Shown here: in pieces, positions 9,579 through 18,780 of the stretch
Layout of the letters: each line of letters begins with the position of its first letter
How positions within the stretch are numbered: position 1 is the first letter of the stretch
NCBI GenBank assembly: GCA_030674475.1
Contig: JAUSCZ010000022.1
Location: forward strand, 2,628 to 66,627
Source: Candidatus Omnitrophota bacterium
GTDB taxonomy: Bacteria; Omnitrophota; Gorgyraeia; Gygaellales; UBA12090
Length of the DNA: 64,000 nucleotides
Direction: 5' to 3'
Program-made: the position numbers and the translations under genes
Notes under the pieces: generated by a model
Told to the model about the DNA's origin: nothing
Databases searched by the model: none
The model's input: only the letters and a program-made list of their open reading frames with translations

Positions 9579-10621
9579 ATTAACTTACTTCTAATCAAGC
9601 TTGCCCTTTTGATATCTCTTTCCTGGCTGTTGAGCTTCTTGCTTTCTAACTTTTGCAGATGCGCGGGCTGAATCAGGATAAATAATTCATTCACTGTTCT
9701 GCGGTCAGTGTCCTTAATGATGTTTAAGTCAATACCCAGCCTGAGCATGGAAAGTAATTCTGTGGTCTCCTGCGATGAGATGATAAAGGAGTTTTTGAGT
9801 ATGCCTAAGGAGCGCCAGACCCGGTCTTCTAAAAGAGTCTTCTGCTGCTTTAGGAGGACACCTCTGGCGGTTTCCTCATGCTCGATAACCTGGCGGATAA
9901 GCCCGTTGATGTTGCTGATAATCTCATCTTCATTATGCCCCAAAGAAATCTGGTTAGAAATCTGAAAGAAATTTCCGATAGCCTGGGTTCCTTCTCCGTA
10001 AAGGCCCCGGGTGGTAAAGCTTAGTTTGGCAATGGCTGAGAGGACCTTATCTATGGTCCTGAGCATTACCAAAGCCGGCAAATGCAGCATCACTGAGCCG
10101 CGCATCCCGGTTCCGGTATTGGTGGGGCAGGCGGTTAAGTAGCCGTATTCCGAGGAGAAGGCGAAGCTTAGCTCTTTGGAAAGGGCGTCGTCAATCCGGT
10201 TCATTATCTCCCAGGCGTCCAGCAAGTCAAAGCCGGATTTCATTACCTGGAGCCTGAGGTGGTCCTCTTCGTTAATCATTATAGATATAATTTCATCATC
10301 GTCAATGACTACCGCCTTGGAGTTGGGCTTAGAGGCCTGTTCCCGGCTCATCAGATGGCGCTCTACCAGAAACTGTTTATCCACGTTATCCATCTCGGAA
10401 AGCTTAAAATAGGTATTTCTTTTAAGGTATTCCACCTTCTGGATAGCTTGATAAATAATGCCGGCGGTTTCATCTCCCTGGGTTTTATCCGCCCAATGGG
10501 GAAAGAACCTGGCCATAATGTTCCTGGCCAGCCTTATCCGGCTGGAAATCACAATATCGGAATTTGGCCCGCTTCCTTTAAGCCATTCGCTGGAATGGCT
10601 AAGTAAATCGTCTAATTTCAC
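9572..10621 (-). CDS. mcsB: Protein arginine kinase McsB (ATP:guanido phosphotransferase)
   Basis: Phosphagen-kinase active-site motif CPTNTGTGMRGSVMLHLPAL, 349 aa, between mcsA and clpC. Confidence 0.85.
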   Translation of the reverse strand: MKLDDLLSHSSEWLKGSGPNSDIVISSRIRLARNIMARFFPHWADKTQGDETAGIIYQAIQKVEYLKRNTYFKLSEMDNVDKQFLVERHLMSREQASKPNSKAVVIDDDEIISIMINEEDHLRLQVMKSGFDLLDAWEIMNRIDDALSKELSFAFSSEYGYLTACPTNTGTGMRGSVMLHLPALVMLRTIDKVLSAIAKLSFTTRGLYGEGTQAIGNFFQISNQISLGHNEDEIISNINGLIRQVIEHEETARGVLLKQQKTLLEDRVWRSLGILKNSFIISSQETTELLSMLRLGIDLNIIKDTDRRTVNELFILIQPAHLQKLESKKLNSQERDIKRASLIRSKLIK

Positions 10622-11133
10622 GGCGTATCCTTGTCTTTTGGTTCGCTGTTCTCTAACTTTTTAATTATATCCCGGACGCGCGCCGCCTCTTCAAAGTCCT
10701 CGATAGAAACAGCTTTTTGTAATTTTACCTTTAGTTCTTCAATATCGGATTTTGTCTTCAGAGGTTTGGCTAAAACCAGGGGCATCTTTCCGTAATGTTT
10801 ATTTGAGCCGTGGATGCGCTTAAGCAGGGGCAGAAGATATTTGCGGAAAGAATTATAACATTCGCTGCAGCCCAGACGGCCTACTTTCTTAAAATCCGCG
10901 TAGGTCAGCCCGCAGTTGGAACACTTGATTTTCAGGCTTTCCTTGGTTTCAATCGCCCCTTTCCCTAAATCCGAGAGCCCGGCCAACAGGTCAGCCAAAC
11001 CAAACTGCTGTTCCATCTCGCTGGATTTATTCTTGGCGCATTCCTCGCAAAGATGAAGCTCAGTCATCTGCTCATCTACAATTTCAGTCAGGTGCACTGT
11101 CGCGGGGTTGGCCGCGCATACATCGCATAGCAT
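10618..11133 (-). CDS. mcsA: McsA, activator of McsB with zinc fingers and a UVR motif
   Basis: Two CxxC pairs at the N-terminus (CDVCAANPA...CEEC) and a second pair further on (CSNCG...CSEC). C-terminal UVR-like motif (IEDFEEAARVRDIIKKLE). 4-nt overlap with mcsB. Confidence 0.75.
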   Translation of the reverse strand: MLCDVCAANPATVHLTEIVDEQMTELHLCEECAKNKSSEMEQQFGLADLLAGLSDLGKGAIETKESLKIKCSNCGLTYADFKKVGRLGCSECYNSFRKYLLPLLKRIHGSNKHYGKMPLVLAKPLKTKSDIEELKVKLQKAVSIEDFEEAARVRDIIKKLENSEPKDKDTP

Positions 11134-11170
11134 ATTTTCTCCTAATCTTTGACTCCCTTTAGCATATTAA

Positions 11171-11280
11171 CTCAAAAGTAAAAAGGAAAAAGTCAAAACC
11201 ACAAGTTAAAATTTAAAAGTAAAAAAATATATCATAAGAGCTAAGTTTTAACTTTTTAATTTTGCCTTTTTACTTTTGAG
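11171..11280. repeat. AT-rich palindromic element (copy b) with perfect 16-bp terminal inverted repeats, upstream of the mcsA start
   Basis: CTCAAAAGTAAAAAGG at 11171-11186 is the exact reverse complement of CCTTTTTACTTTTGAG at 11265-11280. The interior contains AAAAGTCAAAACC. Confidence 0.65.
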
Positions 11281-11287
11281 TTTTTAT

Positions 11288-12160
11288 TTAATATTTGACT
11301 CCCTCTTTCTTGGTAACTTTATGGAATTCTTCTCTTAGTTTTAGGGTCATCTTCCCGGGCTTGCTATCTCCGATTTTCCGGCCGTCCACGCAGACCACCG
11401 GAATAATTTCAGCCGCGGTCCCGGTCAAGAAACATTCATCCGAAATATACACCTCGTGCCGGGTTATGACGTGTTCATGAACAGAAATCCCTTTTTTTGA
11501 GGCTATTTCCAGGATAGTGTCCCGGGTTATCCCGCGCAGGGTCCCCATACACTGGGGCGGGGTGTAAAGTTCATTTTTCTTAACGATAAAAATGTTATCT
11601 CCGGTGCATTCAGCCACATACCCCAGGGAATCCAGCATAATCGCTTCTTCATATCCGCAGTTGATGGCCTCAATTTTAGCCAAGATGTTGTTCAGGTAAT
11701 TCAGGGATTTGATTTGAGGGTTAAGGGCCTCGGGAAGATTGCGAACAGTCGCAACCGTGATGATTTTTAGCCCCTCCTGGTATAGTTTTTCCGGATAAAG
11801 GGCAATCTTATCGGTAATGATCACGATAGTGGCGTTGCCGTTACATTTACGGGGGTCAAGTCCCAGGTCGCCCTCACCCCGGGAAACAATCAGGCGGATA
11901 TAGGCGTCATCTAACTTATTTATTTTGAGGGTATCACAGACCGCCTTAGTCAGATTTTCTTTACTCGTAGGTATCTTTAGGCAGATGCTCTGGGCCGACT
12001 CGTATAATCTTTCAATATGCTCTTTTAACTTAAAGACCACCCGGCCGTAAGACCGTATTCCTTCAAAAACCCCGTCTCCGTAAAGGAAGCCGTGGTCAAA
12101 GACCGAAACCTTGGCATCTTTTTTTTCGTAGAATTTTCCGTTAATGTAAACTTTCATCAT
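11288..12160 (-). CDS. ilvE: Branched-chain-amino-acid aminotransferase (class IV, PLP-dependent)
   Basis: 290 aa with a class IV aminotransferase fold signature (FDHGFLYGDGVFEGIRSY, ...EAIMLDSLGYVAECTGDNIF). Confidence 0.75.
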   Translation of the reverse strand: MMKVYINGKFYEKKDAKVSVFDHGFLYGDGVFEGIRSYGRVVFKLKEHIERLYESAQSICLKIPTSKENLTKAVCDTLKINKLDDAYIRLIVSRGEGDLGLDPRKCNGNATIVIITDKIALYPEKLYQEGLKIITVATVRNLPEALNPQIKSLNYLNNILAKIEAINCGYEEAIMLDSLGYVAECTGDNIFIVKKNELYTPPQCMGTLRGITRDTILEIASKKGISVHEHVITRHEVYISDECFLTGTAAEIIPVVCVDGRKIGDSKPGKMTLKLREEFHKVTKKEGVKY

Positions 12161-12172
12161 CTCTCCTATTTG

Positions 12173-12841
12173 TCAGCGCAGGTATCCATCTTTTATATTA
12201 TAAACCTTGGAAGCGAATTTTGCCATATCTAAATTATGAGTAACCATTATTATAGTCATCGCCTTCTCTTGATTGAGTTTTTTAAGCAGACGGCAGACCT
12301 CCTGGCCGTTTTCGGAGTCTAAATTCCCGGTTGGCTCATCACAGAGTAAAAGCTTAGGATCGTTAATCAAGGCCCGGGCAATGGCTGTCCTCTGCTGTTC
12401 TCCTCCGGAGAGCTGAGAAGGAAAATGCCCGGCTCTCTTTTCTAATCCAAAAGATTTTAACAGTCCCTCGGCCTTTTCTTTCTTCTCTTTGGCATCCCGG
12501 TTTTTGTGTATTAAGGCCGGTAGTAACACATTCTCCAGGACGGTAAATTCCGGCAGGAGATGATAAAACTGAAAGACGAATCCGATCAGACGATTGCGGA
12601 TTCCCGAGAGTTCCTTCTGGGGCAGTTCCCAGAGAGAATTACCCTCGAAGCTGACCTGGCCTTTTGAGGGTTCATCTAATCCTCCTAAGATATGCAGTAA
12701 GGTTGACTTTCCCGCTCCGGATGGCCCCAGTATGGCTACTATTTCTCCTTTGTCAATATTTAAGTCTATGCCCTTGAGGACATGAATATCTTCTTTGCCG
12801 TTTTTATAATACTTATGAATATCCCGGGCCTTAATCATCAC
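12173..12841 (-). CDS. lolD: Lipoprotein-releasing system ATP-binding protein LolD
   Basis: Walker [10 protein letters not shown] and [15 protein letters not shown], 222 aa. Translationally coupled to the LolC/E permease upstream. Confidence 0.75.
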   Translation of the reverse strand: MMIKARDIHKYYKNGKEDIHVLKGIDLNIDKGEIVAILGPSGAGKSTLLHILGGLDEPSKGQVSFEGNSLWELPQKELSGIRNRLIGFVFQFYHLLPEFTVLENVLLPALIHKNRDAKEKKEKAEGLLKSFGLEKRAGHFPSQLSGGEQQRTAIARALINDPKLLLCDEPTGNLDSENGQEVCRLLKKLNQEKAMTIIMVTHNLDMAKFASKVYNIKDGYLR

Positions 12842-14016
12842 TCGTAACGCAAGGCCTCAAGCGGATTCAGCTGTCCGGCTTTTCTCGCCGGATATATGGT
12901 TGAGACCAGGCTGATTAAAAAGGCCGCGATTATCACCATTCCCACATCCGGCCAGAATACCAGGCTTACCGGTAAGCGGTCTAAATAATAAATATCCGGA
13001 GGAAGTTTAACGAATTGATATTTTTTAAGCAGTAATGATAAAGTTATCCCGATACCGGAGCCCAGGATACAGCCGAATAGGCCGATAAACAGCCCCTCTA
13101 AGGTAAAAATAGCCCGGATTTTAGCGTTGGTCATTCCCACGGCCTTGAGTATGCCGATGTCTTTGGTTTTTTCGGTAACCATTACTACTAAGGTGCTGAT
13201 GATATTAAAGGCGGCCACCAGGATAATCAGGGTTAAAATTATAAACATAGTGATTTTCTCTAACTTTAAGGCGGCAAAAAAATTCTTGTTACGTTCAATC
13301 CAGGTTTTTATATTATAGGCCGGGCCGATGGTTTTCTGTATTTCAGCCTTGAGGGCGTCCGCCAAAAAAAGCTTGTCAACCTTAACGCTTATTCCGCTTA
13401 CGGAATTACTGAAGCCAAAGAAATCCTGAGCTTGGGCTAAGTCCATATAAATAATGTTGGTATCATAATCATACATCCCGGAATTAAACAATCCGCTGAT
13501 TTTGGCGGTTATCCGGCCTCCCTCGGGATTGATCAAAGTAAGCTCGTCTCCGGCTTCCAGTCCAAGGATGCCGCTTAACTCTTTGCCGATAAAAACACCC
13601 TTATTGAAATCCCGGGTTTTTTGGCCCAGGTATCTTTCAATGTCAGTTACCCGGGATTCCAGGTTCAGGTCAATCCCCCGCACCAATATCCCTCTATTTT
13701 GCTGTGGGGCTTCTAAGAAGACCTGATTCTGGATAAAAGGCGCGGATGCCGATATGTGCTCAAGCTTATTTATATCCTGGATAATCCTGGTATAATCGCT
13801 GATGGGAAAAGGGGCCTCAATCACAATATGGGAATAATTGCCGATGATTTTTTCCTTGAGGTCCTTATCAAACCCGGACATCACCGCCAGGACTATAATC
13901 AGCGCCGCCACCCCAATCGCCACCCCCAGTATGGAGATTACACTAATCAAAGATACAAAGCGCTCCTTGCGCTTAGTCCACAAATAACGCCAGGCTATCC
14001 AGAAAATCATCTTCAT
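12838..14016 (-). CDS. Lipoprotein-releasing system permease LolC/LolE (FtsX-like)
   Basis: 392 aa. N-terminal TM, large periplasmic MacB-like domain, C-terminal FtsX 3-TM bundle. Confidence 0.7.
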   Translation of the reverse strand: MKMIFWIAWRYLWTKRKERFVSLISVISILGVAIGVAALIIVLAVMSGFDKDLKEKIIGNYSHIVIEAPFPISDYTRIIQDINKLEHISASAPFIQNQVFLEAPQQNRGILVRGIDLNLESRVTDIERYLGQKTRDFNKGVFIGKELSGILGLEAGDELTLINPEGGRITAKISGLFNSGMYDYDTNIIYMDLAQAQDFFGFSNSVSGISVKVDKLFLADALKAEIQKTIGPAYNIKTWIERNKNFFAALKLEKITMFIILTLIILVAAFNIISTLVVMVTEKTKDIGILKAVGMTNAKIRAIFTLEGLFIGLFGCILGSGIGITLSLLLKKYQFVKLPPDIYYLDRLPVSLVFWPDVGMVIIAAFLISLVSTIYPARKAGQLNPLEALRYE

Positions 14017-15461
14017 TATTGCGGTCTCAATAAAGGAAATAAAATCACATCCCGGATTGAAGACTGGTTAGTTAAGATCATCACCAGCCGGTCTATGCCG
14101 ATGCCTAAGCCTCCGGCAGGCGGCATTCCGTATTCCAAGGCAGTGATAAAATCTTCATCCAGCATCCTTAAGCTGTTGGCCTCGGTTCCGGCTTCGCTTA
14201 TTTCTTCTTCTAGCCTTTTTCTCTGCTCTAGGGGATTGTTTAACTCGGAATAGGCATTGGCCACCTCCATCCCGGCGATAAAAAGCTCAAACCTTTCGGA
14301 GATAAAAGGATTATCCGGCTTATTTTTAGCCAGAGGGCAGAGGATGGAAAAATAATCGGTAAAAAATGTGGGCGAGAAATCCCGCTCTTCCTGGATGGCT
14401 TCCTCGACTATTTTTACTATCTGGGAGCGGGAGAGCCTTTTTTCTTCTTTGGCTTTGCCTTTTTTTTGCAGTTTTTCCAGCATTACTTCGGCTGAATCTT
14501 CAGGCGCGATGTCAAATCTATCTTTTACCATCTGGGCGAAAGAACAACGTTTCCAGGGAGGAGTGATATCTATGGTCTTTCCCTGATATTCAAACTTGAG
14601 TCCACAACCCGATGCCCTGGCCGCTTCCACCACTATTTCTTCCACCAAAGACATCATCCCTTCGCAGCTGCTGTAGGCGGCATAGACCTCAAGCATAGTG
14701 AATTCCGGGTTGTGCCGGGTAGAGACCCCTTCATTGCGGAAACTGCGGTTGATTTCATAGACCTTTTCAAAGCCGCCTACCAGAAGGCGCTTTAAATAGA
14801 GCTCCGGGGCAATCCTTAGGTATAGCTGGGCGTCATATTCATTGTGATGGGTCTTAAACGGCCGGCCGGCCGCCCCGCCGGGAATAGGATGCATCATCGG
14901 CGTTTCCACCTCTAAATAGCTTTTGGCGTCCAGATAGCCGCGGATAGCCGAGACGATTTTAGAGCGCTTGGTGAAGATTTCCCTGATTTCATAATTAGAA
15001 ATCAAATCCAGGTATCTCTGGCGGTAACGGATTTCCACATCCTTCAGGCCGTGCCACTTTTCCGGAAGCGGCCTTAAGGACTTAGCCGATAAAGATAAGT
15101 TTACGGCCTTAATAGTCGGCTCCTGGGTGCGGGTCATAAAAAGCTCACCCTCAATTACTATCAAGTCTCCGATGTCTAAGCTCTGGAATAACTCAAATCC
15201 GTCTTTACCTAAGGTATCCTCTTTAATATACACCTGGATTTTAGCGGCCTGATCCCTTAGATCAATAAAGATAACTTTGCCGTGTTCCCGCTTAGCCATC
15301 AGACGGCCGGAAACCACAATTAGCAAGCCTTCCTTAAAATCCGCCAAGGCCTTGGTTATGGGAGTAAGGTTATCTAATTTGCCCCCAAAAGGATTTATCC
15401 CTTTATCCTGCAAGGCCTTAAGTTTTGCCTGCCGGTCATTAATTATATTTTCTAGTTCCAT
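14016..15461 (-). CDS. lysS: Lysine--tRNA ligase (class II)
   Basis: 481 aa. N-terminal OB anticodon-binding domain and class II core motifs (FRNEGVSTRHNPEFTMLE, GGLGIGIDRLVMILTN). Confidence 0.9.
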   Translation of the reverse strand: MELENIINDRQAKLKALQDKGINPFGGKLDNLTPITKALADFKEGLLIVVSGRLMAKREHGKVIFIDLRDQAAKIQVYIKEDTLGKDGFELFQSLDIGDLIVIEGELFMTRTQEPTIKAVNLSLSAKSLRPLPEKWHGLKDVEIRYRQRYLDLISNYEIREIFTKRSKIVSAIRGYLDAKSYLEVETPMMHPIPGGAAGRPFKTHHNEYDAQLYLRIAPELYLKRLLVGGFEKVYEINRSFRNEGVSTRHNPEFTMLEVYAAYSSCEGMMSLVEEIVVEAARASGCGLKFEYQGKTIDITPPWKRCSFAQMVKDRFDIAPEDSAEVMLEKLQKKGKAKEEKRLSRSQIVKIVEEAIQEERDFSPTFFTDYFSILCPLAKNKPDNPFISERFELFIAGMEVANAYSELNNPLEQRKRLEEEISEAGTEANSLRMLDEDFITALEYGMPPAGGLGIGIDRLVMILTNQSSIRDVILFPLLRPQ

Positions 15462-15516
15462 AGATAAAGTATTATAAAGGATAACTGTCCAACTGTCAAA
15501 TTAAAAACAAAACCCC

Positions 15517-15556
15517 GTCTATCTTTATTAAATAAACGGGGTATTATTCTTAATTT
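15517..15556 (-). terminator. Rho-independent terminator downstream of the 992-aa gene
   Basis: Minus strand reads CCCCGUUUAUUUAAUAAAGAUAGACGGGG followed by UUUUGUUUUU. Confidence 0.55.
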
Positions 15557-15583
15557 TCCCTATTTTTTTCTTTTACGCTTTAT

Positions 15584-18562
15584 TTATGTTTCTATCCACT
15601 CCGCCATTACCAGGGCTTCTCTTAAGGCCGGGTCACTCTCCACTGCCAGGCTTTCTTCTAAGTTACAGATTTCCACTAAACTAACAATGATGCCTTCTCT
15701 GCGGGAATCAAACTCTCCCTTTTGATAGCAGGCTGAGAGATATTCCTTCAGCCTGTTACCTGAAGGCACTATCCCGGAGTTGACCATCCTTTGGATATCG
15801 GTTAATTCCTTATCTAAGTCCAAAGACTCTACCTCCGCCTTGCTCAACATCGGCAGGTTAAAATTCAGCCCCGAAAAACTTCCCATCGGCTTAGTCAGAA
15901 TATTCATCTGCCTAAAGTCAATACCGCCGGTTTTTGTAGGCGCGGTTGTTGCCAGGGCAGATGAAGTTTTATCTTCTGGAGCTGATAGGACTGATGGATT
16001 GGGATGACGATAAGGTGAATCAAAAATATCATTTTCTATGGCTGTGGCTGAATTTGTCAACACCAGATATATGTCTGGCATAGATTTCAGCAACGAGCCA
16101 TCTTTTCTTATTAAAACAGCGGTATCTGTTAACAGTTTATGAAGTGACGAATGGCCAAATAATCCCTGGATTTCATCTCTGGCTGTCTGGAGATATTCAG
16201 GAAGCTTACGGCCACCGTTTTCATAATTAGTAAATGCTTGTTCAATAAGTTTTTTGTATTGTTCTATTGATGAAGAAGTGATAGGATCGACGCCGGTATC
16301 AGCTGCGATAGTGGTATCTTTTGGAGTAATTTGTGGTTGCGCTGAGGGTGGCCGCTTATCTATAATTTGCTGAATTTTTGACAGCGCTGATAAGCTATCC
16401 TCAGGCACTGTGCCGAAAAGCATAAACTGTCGTATATCTTTCGCCAGATGTATAAATGCCCACCTCATCTCTGCATCCTGTAATTTATCCCCGGCCAGAG
16501 AGCTTAATTTATTTGCCGCGGAAATAAGGTCGTTACGGGTAAAATAGCCATCCATTTCTCTTTTTTCGAAAGGCTCAAGCAGCCCCTTCCTTTCATAGGT
16601 ACTCATAAATCTGTTTATTTCGCTTTCATATCTAACCATCTGTATCAGCCATTTTTGAATAGCATCCCATTTTGAAATATCGTCTTCAGTATTCATTGTT
16701 TTCTTTATCTTAGCCGCTATTATACTTAATCTGTAATAAGAGGGATTCCTGCCAATTTTCGGATACTCTTCCATAAATGGGAGCATCCGCGATTTTATTT
16801 CTTCTAAGCTCAGCGGGGAGGAGCCGGCGAAGATTTCTTTTTCGCCATTAAGAATATCCCTTATCTTCAGCGCGTTTTCCATGACTGTAAATATTAAGTC
16901 ACGAGCAGCCATGGTGTTCGTGTTAAAAATGTCTTCTATCCTTCCATAGATATGCTCAGCCGCGGGGATAACTTCATTCTTATCTAAAAATGCGGTTATT
17001 TGATTTCTAAAATCATAATTTTTCGTAAAAAAACTGGTTAATTCCTTACTATTTATTAAGCTACGCATCTCCTTTCCATACACCGCAAGAAGATCTTCCA
17101 ACTTATTCTTTAATATCTTTCTTATTTCCCCAAGATTAAATTCATCATTTTTCGTAAGATCTTTCAGAACAATTGCTATTGAACTAAGAAAATCTTTTTT
17201 TCCTTCAAAAACTAACGTGGCTTCAGCATTTCTAAATATATTAATTAATTTATCAAAATTTTTTACAGGCGCGTCGGACGAAAATAACATTTTTAATACT
17301 ATATACGCTTCGATATCTGTATTTTCAGTTGACACCAATTCAGTATCAGTATCCTCATTAGCGAAGAACGTAAATATAACATATTTTTTCATGGTAGTCA
17401 TATAATTCTTTAGAAAATCTTTACCTTTTTTAAATTTATTAAAAAATCTCCCCTCCAGCGGACTCCCTGACATAATATTTACTCCCCCGCTCATATACCT
17501 CCTGATTGCCTGTCCGGTAGGGGTGTAGATGGGTTCTGAGAGGTTGTACTCGCCTTCCTTGAATGATTTCTGATAGGTATTAAAGTAGGTAGTCTTATCC
17601 CAGGCTTGTTTTGAGGTGAGGTTGGTTAAGTTATGGGAGTTAATTAGCTTGAGGTAGTCTCCTTGAGCTTGGGGGCTACTCTTAAAGGTCTCCTTGAACC
17701 ATCGGGCTAAGATCAAGGAGAAGTAGACCTGCCTGAGATTAGCGTAGTCCTTGGAGGAGTTAACCTTCTGGGTGAGCTTAGGAAGAATCAATTCTCGGAT
17801 CAGCTGGGTAGAGTATTGGTTTAATTCTTTGAGTCTGGGATCAGTGAAAGAATATATCTGGTTACCGGTTACTGGTTTCTGGTTACTGTTTTTAAGATAG
17901 TCTTCTTCCAGCATCACCTTGAGATTAGCCTTGTAGATATAGGCTCCTGAGGCGTTATTGGCTGAATCAGCGGATTCTCTCAGGATAATCTCACCCGGGA
18001 CTATCCAGGGCCGGGTTAGGGTGGGGATAGTGATGTTTTCCGTGCCGAAGAGTTCTCCGGCTCTCTTATAGAGCTTATTCCAGTATTCCTTACCCTGGGG
18101 GGTTTGGGGTGAGGTGAATAAGGCGGTGTCTTGTTTAAGTTTAAGGTCAGCTTCTAACATTACCCTGCCTAAGTCTGTCTTAGCTAACTCATCATCTATT
18201 ATCTGGTCTTCAGAGTCCGGTCTTAAGTTTACCCAGAACTTATCATTAGGTAAGCTTAAGCCTATTTTAAAGTAGTCTAAGAGTATGCTAGCCTCTTGCT
18301 TAAGCACATCCACCCCTCCTGCACCTCGTAGGTGCAGGGAGGGTTCTTGGTAGTCTCCCTTGTCTAAGAGGATCTGGAAGTCATTGGTTTGAGGCTGATA
18401 GGAGAAGTATCTTAGGTTGATTGGGCGGAATCTATCCGAGACTGCGAGATTAGGGCCCTGGTTAAGATAGCCGGAGAGGTTAAGGGTAGCGGTGTAGGCA
18501 AAGACCGGCCGGGTAAAGAGCAAACTAAAGGATATGATTAAAGATATGGCTTTTTTGAACAT
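15584..18562 (-). CDS. Large hypothetical secreted protein (992 aa), family not recognisable
   Basis: Signal peptide MFKKAISLIISFSLLFTRPVFA. Long, mostly alpha-helical-looking low-complexity body with no catalytic motif I can identify. The N-terminal ~330 aa differ in composition (G+T-rich plus-strand DNA at 17500-18540). Confidence 0.6.
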   Translation of the reverse strand: MFKKAISLIISFSLLFTRPVFAYTATLNLSGYLNQGPNLAVSDRFRPINLRYFSYQPQTNDFQILLDKGDYQEPSLHLRGAGGVDVLKQEASILLDYFKIGLSLPNDKFWVNLRPDSEDQIIDDELAKTDLGRVMLEADLKLKQDTALFTSPQTPQGKEYWNKLYKRAGELFGTENITIPTLTRPWIVPGEIILRESADSANNASGAYIYKANLKVMLEEDYLKNSNQKPVTGNQIYSFTDPRLKELNQYSTQLIRELILPKLTQKVNSSKDYANLRQVYFSLILARWFKETFKSSPQAQGDYLKLINSHNLTNLTSKQAWDKTTYFNTYQKSFKEGEYNLSEPIYTPTGQAIRRYMSGGVNIMSGSPLEGRFFNKFKKGKDFLKNYMTTMKKYVIFTFFANEDTDTELVSTENTDIEAYIVLKMLFSSDAPVKNFDKLINIFRNAEATLVFEGKKDFLSSIAIVLKDLTKNDEFNLGEIRKILKNKLEDLLAVYGKEMRSLINSKELTSFFTKNYDFRNQITAFLDKNEVIPAAEHIYGRIEDIFNTNTMAARDLIFTVMENALKIRDILNGEKEIFAGSSPLSLEEIKSRMLPFMEEYPKIGRNPSYYRLSIIAAKIKKTMNTEDDISKWDAIQKWLIQMVRYESEINRFMSTYERKGLLEPFEKREMDGYFTRNDLISAANKLSSLAGDKLQDAEMRWAFIHLAKDIRQFMLFGTVPEDSLSALSKIQQIIDKRPPSAQPQITPKDTTIAADTGVDPITSSSIEQYKKLIEQAFTNYENGGRKLPEYLQTARDEIQGLFGHSSLHKLLTDTAVLIRKDGSLLKSMPDIYLVLTNSATAIENDIFDSPYRHPNPSVLSAPEDKTSSALATTAPTKTGGIDFRQMNILTKPMGSFSGLNFNLPMLSKAEVESLDLDKELTDIQRMVNSGIVPSGNRLKEYLSACYQKGEFDSRREGIIVSLVEICNLEESLAVESDPALREALVMAEWIET

Positions 18563-18780
18563 TTTTGGCCTACCTCATAATTTCCAAATAAAAAACCGGA
18601 CAGACATCTTTCGTAGTCTATCCGGCTGAAATCTCTCCGCTCTTAGCGGAAGTTTCCCGTGGCTTGCCGCTTGAGTATCTCTTTACTCAAGCAGAAGCCG
18701 GACAATAAGTTATTTTAAAAAGGTTAAATAAAGTATATAGCAAATATAGATTTTGTCAAGTATTTTTTGAAAATTTTGGG

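Noticed and set aside
9431-11280. Canonical CtsR operator (tandem GGTCAAANANGGTCAAA heptads)
   Set aside because: Only single AGTCAAA half-sites are present, not the direct heptad repeat, so a CtsR box is not claimed. Only a resemblance is noted.
18590-18720. SRP RNA (ffs) or 6S RNA in the hairpin-rich gap upstream of the 992-aa gene
   Set aside because: No domain IV motif (GGAA/AGCAG bulged helix) and no 6S-like central bubble are visible. Kept only as an unassigned structured leader.
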